Source: a virus
Lineage: Duplodnaviria; Heunggongvirae; Uroviricota; Caudoviricetes
DNA length: 64,000 bases
Direction: 5' to 3' (one strand)
IMG/VR virus record: IMGVR_UViG_3300012165_000089
Shown here: in pieces, positions 38,315-46,893 of the stretch
Numbering within the stretch: position 1 is the first letter of the stretch
How the letters are laid out: the number at the start of each line of letters is the position of its first letter
Translations under genes and position numbers: made by a program
Notes under the pieces: generated by a model
Told to the model about the DNA's origin: nothing
Databases searched by the model: none
The model's input: the letters and a program-made list of their open reading frames with translations, nothing else

Positions 38315-39826
38315 ATGGCAGTTGATGAAAAGAAACTCAGCATGTACCTAGCCGGTACCTTGAGAATCATTTTTGAAGGCATAACAGACGTTGTGAAATA
38401 TTCAGGTTCCAATTATACGTTGGTTTCATATGACGGCCGCGACTTTGTCCGTGATTCAGTTGGCCAAGACGGTAAGTTGGATGAACGATTGCTTTGCAAG
38501 AACATTGGAAAAATCGTAGATTGCGACGCATTTATGAAAGATCGGTTGATTTCTGAATTCGAACAAAATCATGTTACGTTCGCTGCGGTTGAGGTGATTG
38601 AAAAAATGAATAACGGTCGGAATGCGAATAAGTGTTATTTCGTCATTGACCAGCACGATAAGGATAAGACCGATGTAATTCTGAGCAATTTAAACAAGAC
38701 CGTCACGAACAAGGAAATGACACCTGAGGCGTTTTTGGCCTTTTGTAAAAATAAGGGGATTTCCATAAGTGGGGTGACGAATGTAGAAGCAGAAGTTTTA
38801 AACGTGATGCTTCGTGACAAAACATTAGACTTCCCGTTCTGCACAATGAAAAATTCTTATGGAAACTATAATCTGAGAATTCCCGAAAATGAAGAGATGG
38901 CGACATGCGACGCTATTGTAAAAGCTGTCATTTCATGTTCTGCACGAACAAGAATTGGAATGGCCGAGCAGACGCAGAATCGTCAGCGAGAAATCAATGA
39001 TGCGATTGCAAAAATCATGGATAGTAAGAAATCATACGTTGTTATGGATGAAAATTCTCCAAATCATTATATCCGCACAGATTCCGGTGGATTTCATAAT
39101 ATCATCCGTACGGAAGCCGGCGAGCAGGAATTAGCTTACGTGGAACGCATGGAGCCACATTACGCGACCAGAGCGTATAACGCAATTCACGATTACAGTG
39201 GATTATTGGTTCTTTCTGCACTTGATAAAGATATTGATAAGCAGATGGAAGAGGCAAGGGAACGAGCGAAAATCGAGAAGGAGCCAGAATTAAGTGTAAA
39301 GATTGAATATTACAAACGTAGTTTCCAAGAACACATTCGTGAAACAATCGAACAGGATTACCTGGGGCGCCTGCAGGACAATCATATCCGGTTCGGTAAC
39401 GCAGTTTCTCATGCGGTAATTGAAAAAGACGATACATTGAAAGGAGATTTAGAGAGCGATAGGGCACTTAATACACGAGCCTTGGAAGGTATCGTTAAGG
39501 AAAGTTCCATTGACTTGTCTGATTTAAACGGTGACTCGTTCAAGCAGCAGTTCTGTGAGACGGTTTTAGGAACCAGGGCAATCGATGATCCTTTGACGAA
39601 AGAAGCGGTTGAGGAAGAAATCAATTTGAATTCCCGATTATCAGAATTAGCAGAGGAGTCCCCGGAAATTAAAATGGCGGTTGTTAATGAAATCGAGCAG
39701 ACGATAACAGAAGTGAAGGAGATTGATTACGAATTCGCACCTGTTACTCGTGAAGAATTCGAACACGAAATTGAATCGAAGGAAAACGCATTCTTGGAGA
39801 TTCAGAGCGAAGAACGCGAGGTATAA
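38315..39826 (+). CDS. Hypothetical 503-aa protein with a strongly acidic C-terminal third
   Basis: RBS aagaggagggg. C-terminus rich in Glu/Asp (EEEINLNSRLSELAEESPEIK...EFEHEIESKENAFLEIQSEEREV). Confidence 0.5.
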   Translation: MAVDEKKLSMYLAGTLRIIFEGITDVVKYSGSNYTLVSYDGRDFVRDSVGQDGKLDERLLCKNIGKIVDCDAFMKDRLISEFEQNHVTFAAVEVIEKMNNGRNANKCYFVIDQHDKDKTDVILSNLNKTVTNKEMTPEAFLAFCKNKGISISGVTNVEAEVLNVMLRDKTLDFPFCTMKNSYGNYNLRIPENEEMATCDAIVKAVISCSARTRIGMAEQTQNRQREINDAIAKIMDSKKSYVVMDENSPNHYIRTDSGGFHNIIRTEAGEQELAYVERMEPHYATRAYNAIHDYSGLLVLSALDKDIDKQMEEARERAKIEKEPELSVKIEYYKRSFQEHIRETIEQDYLGRLQDNHIRFGNAVSHAVIEKDDTLKGDLESDRALNTRALEGIVKESSIDLSDLNGDSFKQQFCETVLGTRAIDDPLTKEAVEEEINLNSRLSELAEESPEIKMAVVNEIEQTITEVKEIDYEFAPVTREEFEHEIESKENAFLEIQSEEREV

Positions 39827-39858
39827 AACTAGTACGGATGTCTGTACAGAAAAGGAGT

Positions 39859-39890
39859 GACCCCTGCGAAAAATGGGGTCCCTGTTTTTT
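39859..39890 (+). terminator. Rho-independent terminator
   Basis: gacccctgcgaaaaatggggtc hairpin followed by a T6 run. It overlaps the first in-frame ATG of the next ORF. Confidence 0.5.
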
Positions 39891-40394
39891 ATGAAGGAAT
39901 TAATAAATAATTTTAAAGCAATGATTATCGCTGTACTCTTTACCATTTTTTTAATGAATTTTATATTCATAAACGCATTTATCCCGACAAGCTCAATGGA
40001 AAAAACGATTATGGTTGGGAATCGCGTCTTTGGTGCTCGATTTCTCCATAATTACGCCAGAGGAGACATTGTGATTTTCAACGACCCTGATGGAAGTGGC
40101 AATTATCTAATCAAACGAGTTATTGGATTGCCCGGAGACGAGATAACGATTCAAAATGGAGTTGTTTGCGTAAACGGTTCTGTACTGCCGGAAGCTTATC
40201 TCGCCGAGATGATGGAAGAGGAAGTGGATTTTTCGATCTCCATACCAGAAAAAGGGTATTTCATGATGGGGGACAATCGAAATAATTCATTTGATGCCAG
40301 GTACTGGGAAAATCCAATTGTCTTCGAGAACGACATTATCGGTAAAGCTTTGATAACATACTGGCCGATAGCGGAATTCAAGATTCTAAATTAG
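39873..40394 (+). CDS. Signal peptidase I (S26 family)
   Basis: TM helix. NRVFGARF...GDIVIFNDP...LIKRVIGLPGDEITIQNGVVCVNG...YFMMGDNRNNSFDARYW carries the GDNR..S.D.R motif. The true start may be the ATG at 39891, because 39873 lies inside the terminator hairpin. Confidence 0.7.
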   Translation: MGSLFFMKELINNFKAMIIAVLFTIFLMNFIFINAFIPTSSMEKTIMVGNRVFGARFLHNYARGDIVIFNDPDGSGNYLIKRVIGLPGDEITIQNGVVCVNGSVLPEAYLAEMMEEEVDFSISIPEKGYFMMGDNRNNSFDARYWENPIVFENDIIGKALITYWPIAEFKILN

Positions 40395-40561
40395 TCAGGA
40401 GGAATGCATGAGGAGGAAATTACCGTTCATTGCACCGGCAATAGCCACTGCGATTGGATTACAAGCTTGCCTCAATGTACAGAAAGGAAAGTCGTATTTT
40501 TTGATGCCGGTAGAACCGTCTGCGTATGACGAGAACTATCAATTGGAAGGGAGGATAAGGC

Positions 40562-42715
40562 ATGGCTAATAGTTTCATTGATGCCGACAAGGTTCATAAA
40601 CAGAAAAAAATCAATATCATATTTGCCATCATCGCTGTCTTGGCACTTATATATATATGTGCGAGAGGTTCTTACCATTTAAACGAAAATCCAGATACTC
40701 CCGCATTTCTTGCTTTGATAATTGGGATTACCACAATAGAAACAGATCCGTTTGCAATGCTATTTGATAGACAATTTTTTAATCTGTTTGGCCTGACCGG
40801 AATCATAGCGTTATTCATTGTGTGGTGTGCTTACGATACTAAAGTTATTAATAAACATTATACCGATGGCGAACAGTATGGCACTGCAAAATGGCAAACC
40901 ATTGAAAGTATAAAAATGTTTAATCGCAAATTTAATGCACCATTAGGAAAACCGATTGCAGATGGTGCTGAGAACACGATTTATTCTAAGCAATGCCAGG
41001 TGACGATGAATGCCAGAAAAACAGGATTGAATAATAACGCCATGGTTATTGGTGGTCCTGGTTCTGGTAAGTCTTTTAATATCGTGCGACCAAACCTGTT
41101 GCAAAAGTTCGGTTCCTATGTGGTTACCGACCCTTCTGGAGAACTTTTGGCTACAACCGGCAAATTCTTTGAGGAAAACGATTATGATGTCAGGGTTTTC
41201 AATTTAACCGACATGGCACATTCGCATTGCTATAATCCTTTTAACTATCTGAGAGGAGAAGAAGACGTTATAACCCTAATTGACTGTTTGATAAAAAATA
41301 CAGACGACGAGGGTAATAGGGGCAAAAGCGGCGATCAATTTTGGGATAAAGCAGAGAAAGCGGTTTTGGAAGCAATTATTTTCTATCTGATTCGGCATCA
41401 AGGTAAGGATAAGCAGAATTTCGCAATGGTATCCAAGCTATTAAGACAGGCGAAAGCAGATCCTAAAACGGCAAAATCCCAACTGGATTCTATCTTTGAT
41501 GAAGTTAGACAATATGATGAAAATGATATCTGTATTAAACAGTATGATATCTTCAAGCAGGCTTCTGATAAAACAGCGCAGTCTATTTTAATTACCGCAG
41601 CGGTACGTCTTGCTCCATTTAACATTGATGCAGTTGAGAATTTGACTTCTTCCGATGATATGGACTTGAAGTCAATTGGTGACAAACCAACAATTACTTA
41701 CATCATTGTACCTCAGGGTAACAATCCATATGCATTTTTGGTCAATATGCTGTATTCCCAGATGTTCGACACATTATATTACCATGCCGGCATGGATTGC
41801 GAAGGCTTGCGACTGAAATATGATGTGCGATTTATCCTTGATGAATTCGCCAACATCGGTGTTATACCATTTTTTCAAGTAAAACTTACTACAATGCGTA
41901 AATATGGTCTGTCGTGCATGATCTTCATTCAGGCAGTTGGTCAGATTAAGAATTTATACAAGGATGACTGGGAAACCTTGATGGGTGCATGCGATACCCT
42001 GGTCTACCTTGGTGGGAATGAGCTCTCGTCAATGGAGGATCTTTCTAAAAAGTTGGGTGACCAAACCATACGCGTGAGAGACCATTCACATTCTAAGAAC
42101 GGCAAAGGCGGGTCCGATTCCAAAAGTTTTAAATATGCGAAACGTTCCTTGCTGACGCCTGACGAAATCAGAAGATTAAAGGATGGATACTGCATTGTTG
42201 TTATTAAAGGACAAGATCCGTTTTATGACGAGAAATTCAAGACATTTGATCATCCAAATGCAAAATCCCTTGGCAATCTCGATACCGGAATAAAACTGTA
42301 TAATTTTGATTATTGCAATACGAAGCCGGAATCGGCAGAGAAACTGGAAAGGAAGAGAAAGCTTGCTCAAGAGGAGCGAATTAAAAAAAGCTCTCAATCC
42401 AGACGGCCAGAAGACAAGGTTTATCGCGCCAATACGCCAATGCCATCAACAAAGCGGGCGACGCCAGAAGAAGAAGTTGAAATTGCAAAACGCATCGCAT
42501 CGCAAACAGCCTTGATCTCCTTTGACAAGAGTGAAGCTGTTAAAAGTGGAGCAGCTGTTAAAGAGGTACGTAACGGAGTTGTTACTATTACAGATGCAAA
42601 ACCAAAGTCAAAATCAGCTAGTTCATCGGGCCGAGTCAACAAGCCGACGGTAGCACCTAAAATGACAAAATCAGCGGATGATATTATGGACGAATTTAAT
42701 GATGCAATATTTTAA
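40562..42715 (+). CDS. Type IV secretion coupling protein (VirD4/TraG/TcpA family), copy 1, 717 aa
   Basis: N-terminal TM helices. Walker A VIGGPGSGKSFNIVRPNLL. VVTDPSGEL. T4CP signature FILDEFANIGVIPFF...LSCMIFIQAVGQIKNLY. RBS ggaagggagg. Confidence 0.7.
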   Translation: MANSFIDADKVHKQKKINIIFAIIAVLALIYICARGSYHLNENPDTPAFLALIIGITTIETDPFAMLFDRQFFNLFGLTGIIALFIVWCAYDTKVINKHYTDGEQYGTAKWQTIESIKMFNRKFNAPLGKPIADGAENTIYSKQCQVTMNARKTGLNNNAMVIGGPGSGKSFNIVRPNLLQKFGSYVVTDPSGELLATTGKFFEENDYDVRVFNLTDMAHSHCYNPFNYLRGEEDVITLIDCLIKNTDDEGNRGKSGDQFWDKAEKAVLEAIIFYLIRHQGKDKQNFAMVSKLLRQAKADPKTAKSQLDSIFDEVRQYDENDICIKQYDIFKQASDKTAQSILITAAVRLAPFNIDAVENLTSSDDMDLKSIGDKPTITYIIVPQGNNPYAFLVNMLYSQMFDTLYYHAGMDCEGLRLKYDVRFILDEFANIGVIPFFQVKLTTMRKYGLSCMIFIQAVGQIKNLYKDDWETLMGACDTLVYLGGNELSSMEDLSKKLGDQTIRVRDHSHSKNGKGGSDSKSFKYAKRSLLTPDEIRRLKDGYCIVVIKGQDPFYDEKFKTFDHPNAKSLGNLDTGIKLYNFDYCNTKPESAEKLERKRKLAQEERIKKSSQSRRPEDKVYRANTPMPSTKRATPEEEVEIAKRIASQTALISFDKSEAVKSGAAVKEVRNGVVTITDAKPKSKSASSSGRVNKPTVAPKMTKSADDIMDEFNDAIF

Positions 42716-42740
42716 AGGAGACATAACGTCTCCTTTTTCG
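42715..42740 (+). terminator. Rho-independent terminator
   Basis: ggagacataacgtctcc hairpin followed by a T5 run. Near-identical to the terminator at 44415. Confidence 0.55.
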
Positions 42741-42819
42741 TATGACAAAAAACCAATAAATATCAAAATGATTGCATAATTATCTTAACATAAAGTTGAG
42801 GTTTACGAGGAGGATTTCC

Positions 42820-44301
42820 ATGTCAACGAAAAATAAAACACAACTAATTGCAACAGGAGCAGTCGCTGCGGTCACTGCAATTGGGCTATTAACCTATCAT
42901 GATGCGCAGAGAAGAAAACGGCAATTTGAGATTAATAAGCCTGATGCAGATGAAGAAAAGCATAGTACTGTTATGCAACAGACAATTCCGGGTGTTGATG
43001 AATTTAATTGCAAATTTAATGCTCCCTATGGAGAACCAATCGCCGCCGGTACTGAAAATACAATTTATTCCAGTCAATGCCAAGTGACGATGAATACCAG
43101 AAGAACAGGAGTTAATAACAATTCCATAATCATCGGTGCTGCTGGTTTAGGTAAATCCTATAATGTTGCTCTTCCGAACTTGCTTCAGCAATACGGTTCC
43201 TACGTAGTAATGGATCCATACGGGGCGTATTTGGCAACGACCGGAACGTTCTTTGAAGAAAATGATTACGATATTCGTGTTTTCAATCTGAACGACGTGA
43301 CAAATTCCTATTGCTATAATCCTTTTGAATATTTAAGAGGAGAAGAAGATGTCACGACTTTGGTTGAGTGTTTAATCAGAAACATGAAGATTCCAACCCA
43401 AGGTAGTGATGATCCTTTCCATGAGAAAGCAGAAAAGATGCTTTTAGAGGCGATTGTCTTTTATCTAATTCATCATCAGGATAAAGATAAACAGAATTTA
43501 GCTATGGTATATAAGTTATTAAGTCAGATGCCGTCACAACTTGACGCTATCTTCGATGGAGTAAGACAGTATGATGAAAAAGATATCTGTGTCAAGAAGT
43601 ATGATATCTTCAAACGGGGTTCGGATAAAACGACGCAATCTATATTAATTACGGCAGCAGTACACCTTGCTCCATTTAATATCGAGGCAGTTGAAAATTT
43701 AACTTCTTCCGATGATATGGATTTGAAGACGATTGGCGATAAGCCAACAATTACTTACGTTATCGCATCTGTGATGAATAATAACTATACGTTTTTACTA
43801 AGTGTGCTGTATTCTCAAATGTTTGATACATTGCATTATCATGCCAGTATGAACTGCGAAGGTCAGCAATTAAAATATGATGTACGTTTCATATTAGATG
43901 AGTTTTATAATATTGGCATTATCCCTGACTTTCACATAAAACTCCCAGCCATGAGAAAATATGGTCTTTCGTGTATAATATTTGGTCAGACTGTAGACGA
44001 GATTAAAGATCTGTATAGGCGTGACTGGGAAGTTTTACTAAACGGTTGTGACACTATGGTTTATCTTGGTGGTAATAAACCTTCTTCTATGGAAGAATTA
44101 TTAAAAAGAGCCGGTGGCCAGTTAACGATAGATGAAGTCCAAAGACTTAGAGATAATCACTGTATTGTCATTATTAAAGGCCGGGAACCGTTTTTTGATA
44201 AAAAATACGAAACACAAAGCCACCCGAAGGCATGCAAACTTGGTGATATTAGAACTGATTTTCGGTTGTATAATTTCGATTATCACAACACAAAACCCTA
44301 G
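42820..44301 (+). CDS. Type IV secretion coupling protein paralog, copy 2, 493 aa
   Basis: Single N-terminal TM. Walker A IIGAAGLGKSYNVALPNLL. VVMDPYGAY. FILDEFYNIGIIPDF...LSCIIFGQTVDEIKDLY. About 60% identical to copy 1 over the core. RBS gaggagg before the ATG at 42820. Confidence 0.7.
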   Translation: MSTKNKTQLIATGAVAAVTAIGLLTYHDAQRRKRQFEINKPDADEEKHSTVMQQTIPGVDEFNCKFNAPYGEPIAAGTENTIYSSQCQVTMNTRRTGVNNNSIIIGAAGLGKSYNVALPNLLQQYGSYVVMDPYGAYLATTGTFFEENDYDIRVFNLNDVTNSYCYNPFEYLRGEEDVTTLVECLIRNMKIPTQGSDDPFHEKAEKMLLEAIVFYLIHHQDKDKQNLAMVYKLLSQMPSQLDAIFDGVRQYDEKDICVKKYDIFKRGSDKTTQSILITAAVHLAPFNIEAVENLTSSDDMDLKTIGDKPTITYVIASVMNNNYTFLLSVLYSQMFDTLHYHASMNCEGQQLKYDVRFILDEFYNIGIIPDFHIKLPAMRKYGLSCIIFGQTVDEIKDLYRRDWEVLLNGCDTMVYLGGNKPSSMEELLKRAGGQLTIDEVQRLRDNHCIVIIKGREPFFDKKYETQSHPKACKLGDIRTDFRLYNFDYHNTKP

Positions 44302-44414
44302 TATTCAGGTGAATCGAAATTAGTTCGTTAATGTATATTAGTCAACGCAATAGAAGGAATATAATTCTTATCTAACAACTAAAGTCACAAGTATCCGTGC
44401 TTGTGTAAAGATAA

Positions 44415-44445
44415 AAAGGGACATTATGTCTCTTTTTTGTTTTTC
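44415..44445 (+). terminator. Rho-independent terminator
   Basis: agggacattatgtctct hairpin followed by a T-run. Confidence 0.55.
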
Positions 44446-44495
44446 TCACATCATAATTATCTCGAAACGGTAGAGAAATAGAGAAGGGAGAAAAA

Positions 44496-46796
44496 ATGAC
44501 CGAAATAAAAGGAACTGTTGTCAAGAAGTTTTTTGCCAATGATACTTGGGCATCATTTCTTGTAGAAAGTAAATCAAAAACGTATCATTGTTCCGGACCT
44601 GCCTTTAATTTAAGACGCGGTATGGCAGTGGAGATCGAAGCCGAGGAAAGCGTGCATCCCAAATACGGATTGCAGTATAAGGTTGTTTCTTTTAAAGAAA
44701 AAATCGCTGATGGAACCAAAGGAGTCAAGGCATATCTTGCTTCCGGAATCATTAAGGGTATTGGTCCGGCGACCGCAGATAAAATTGTAAATCATTTCAA
44801 GAGTGATACCATTCATATTATTGAAGAACACCCGGAACGATTAGCCGAAATTCCATCTATCACTATCCGCAAAGCACGGGATATTGCAAAAGGATATGAG
44901 GATTACAAGCAATATGAGAAAATTTATCAAATTACAAATGGTGCAATTACATTAAATGAAGTAGAGAAAATTTTAAGGCAGTATAAATCATCGGCCTTGA
45001 AAGTCCTTCGGGAGAATCCTTATCGCTTATGCGAAGATATTGATGGTATTGGATTTTTAAAAGCAGATAGAATTGCAAAAGCGTGCGGAGTCAAAGAAGA
45101 TTCTGAATTACGAGTGAAAGCCGCACTCAAGTTTGCACTGGAACAGGTCGGTGAAACACAGGGGCATTGCTATTTAACGGATGAAGACCTTCAGCTTGAA
45201 ACCATCAAAATTCTGAATCGAGTTCCAGAGGAGTTAGCCAGGATAAGAGGATTGGAAAAGAAATTGTATGCGTCTATTGAGAAATGGGATGATGTTAAGC
45301 GAGCGATTTTCGAGAAATATGTAATGAGCAAGGATCAAATAAGCCAGCTTGAGGAATGGAAAGCAAAAACGGATCATTTTATCAATCTGATGGCTAATGC
45401 AATTCTTACTGCCGTGAAGAATGAGGAGTTGATACTGGATGAGATAAATAATACCACTTACGTTTCATCAGCAAAGTTATATGGAGCCGAGTGCAATGTA
45501 GCATACGTTGCAAAGAAAATGCTTAAGACACGACCATTATGCCAAAAAACAAGCCAAGCAGATATTGGAAATTTTATTCAGAAGTATGAATCTGATACTG
45601 GTTTTATTTTGGCACCTGAACAAAAAGAAGCAGTTATCGTGAGTTTAACGAGTCGAATCAGCGTTATTACCGGCGGCCCAGGCCGTGGAAAGACGACGAT
45701 TATTAAAGTAATCATTGCGTATTGGAAACATAAAATTGGAAAAGAGACTATGTTACTGGCTCCGACCGGACGTGCTTCTCAACGAATCAGAGAAAGTATT
45801 GGAGATTCGGATGCTGATGTTGCTACAATTCACAAAATGATTGGTAATATTTTTATGTTGCCATTAAAAGAAGCAACAGGAAAAACATTGATTTTATGTG
45901 ATGAGTCCAGCATGATTGATATTTTACTTGCTTCAAGACTAATGACATATAGTCAGGACTCTACGCTTATTTTCGTTGGCGACGTGGATCAGCTCCCGGC
46001 GGTAGGCCCGGGTAATTTTTTCAAAGACTTGATTATGTCTGGAAGCGTTCCAACAACAAAATTAATTACCTGCTATCGAAACGCTGGACTAATTGCAGAA
46101 AATAGCGATAAAATCAATGCGAAAAATGCAAAGATTGAAACGGGCGATAACTTTGAAATGATTTATTCAGACCGGGAATCAATCCCTAAAGCTATCTGTG
46201 ACCGCTACATGGCCCTGATTCAAAACGGAATTCAACCCAAGGACATTTCCGTACTTACCCTTCAGCGCGTAAGAGGATGTGCCAGTGTGTCGGTTTTAAA
46301 CGAACTGATTCGCGAAGCATATAATCCGCTGCAATCCGCAAATGATGAAATTGGTAAGTATCGTCTAAACGACCGGGTAATGCAAATGCACAATAATTAC
46401 AAATTAGAATACACCACAAAAGACGGCGTAGAAGAAATCGGCGTGTTTAATGGTGATGTTGGAACAATCACGAAAATCGATCGATTTGAAGAAAGAGTGT
46501 GGATTACATTCGATGATGGACGGGTAGCTGCATACAGCGCCTTGGAAATGATGGATACTACTCTTGCTTATGCAACAACCGTACATAAAGCACAGGGGTC
46601 GGAATGTGAAAATGTCATTTTTACCGTGGCTATGGATCAATATACGTTGTTATACAAAAACATCATTTATACTGCTGTTAGTAGAGCGACTCAAAAATGC
46701 ATTGGCATTGTTGAAAAAAAAGCGTTCTATATGGCGGTTCGACAAGATGATAAATCACAGCGCAATACCAGGTTGTGTCAATTTCTGTCAATTTAA
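44496..46796 (+). CDS. recD2: RecD2/YrrC-like ATP-dependent DNA helicase, 766 aa
   Basis: N-terminus MTEIKGTVVKKFFANDTWASFLV...HPKYGLQYKV, HhH GIGPATADKIVNHF, Walker A ITGGPGRGKTTII, Walker B ILCDESSMID, FVGDVDQLPAVGPGNFF, AYATTVHKAQGSECENVI. RBS gaagggag. Confidence 0.75.
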   Translation: MTEIKGTVVKKFFANDTWASFLVESKSKTYHCSGPAFNLRRGMAVEIEAEESVHPKYGLQYKVVSFKEKIADGTKGVKAYLASGIIKGIGPATADKIVNHFKSDTIHIIEEHPERLAEIPSITIRKARDIAKGYEDYKQYEKIYQITNGAITLNEVEKILRQYKSSALKVLRENPYRLCEDIDGIGFLKADRIAKACGVKEDSELRVKAALKFALEQVGETQGHCYLTDEDLQLETIKILNRVPEELARIRGLEKKLYASIEKWDDVKRAIFEKYVMSKDQISQLEEWKAKTDHFINLMANAILTAVKNEELILDEINNTTYVSSAKLYGAECNVAYVAKKMLKTRPLCQKTSQADIGNFIQKYESDTGFILAPEQKEAVIVSLTSRISVITGGPGRGKTTIIKVIIAYWKHKIGKETMLLAPTGRASQRIRESIGDSDADVATIHKMIGNIFMLPLKEATGKTLILCDESSMIDILLASRLMTYSQDSTLIFVGDVDQLPAVGPGNFFKDLIMSGSVPTTKLITCYRNAGLIAENSDKINAKNAKIETGDNFEMIYSDRESIPKAICDRYMALIQNGIQPKDISVLTLQRVRGCASVSVLNELIREAYNPLQSANDEIGKYRLNDRVMQMHNNYKLEYTTKDGVEEIGVFNGDVGTITKIDRFEERVWITFDDGRVAAYSALEMMDTTLAYATTVHKAQGSECENVIFTVAMDQYTLLYKNIIYTAVSRATQKCIGIVEKKAFYMAVRQDDKSQRNTRLCQFLSI

Positions 46797-46802
46797 TATC
46801 CG

Positions 46803-46832
46803 AGAACGTCCAAGTGGGCGTTCTTTTTTTTA
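46803..46832 (+). terminator. Rho-independent terminator
   Basis: agaacgtccaagtgggcgttct hairpin followed by a T8 run. Confidence 0.65.
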
Positions 46833-46852
46833 CCCATTTTACCCGTAAGCAT

Positions 46853-46860
46853 TCCATAAT
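46853..46860 (+). promoter_or_regulatory. CCATAATT -10-like promoter element (representative copy), 34 nt upstream of the L,D-transpeptidase start
   Basis: The same octamer or CATAATT lies 22-65 nt upstream of many start codons: ~6883, 16098, 16658, 19032, 26745, 30334, 36470, 37292, 38275, 42771, 44449, 49339, 55283, 61950, 63094, 63453. It also occurs at 20487, 22952, 31762 and 5757. Confidence 0.5.
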
Positions 46861-46893
46861 TCAAGAAAGAGGATCAAGAAAGAGGAGGGGATT

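Noticed and set aside
40562-44301. Calling the two ATPases FtsK/SpoIIIE-type translocases instead of T4CPs
   Set aside because: Both carry the LDEF(A/Y)NIG...IF.Q(A/T)V...(N/D)LY T4CP signature and VVxDPxGE, and lack an FtsK gamma (winged-helix) tail.
46564-46848. 94-aa + ORF overlapping the 3' end of the RecD2-like gene and its terminator
   Set aside because: It is an alternative frame within a confidently assigned helicase gene and runs through the terminator hairpin.
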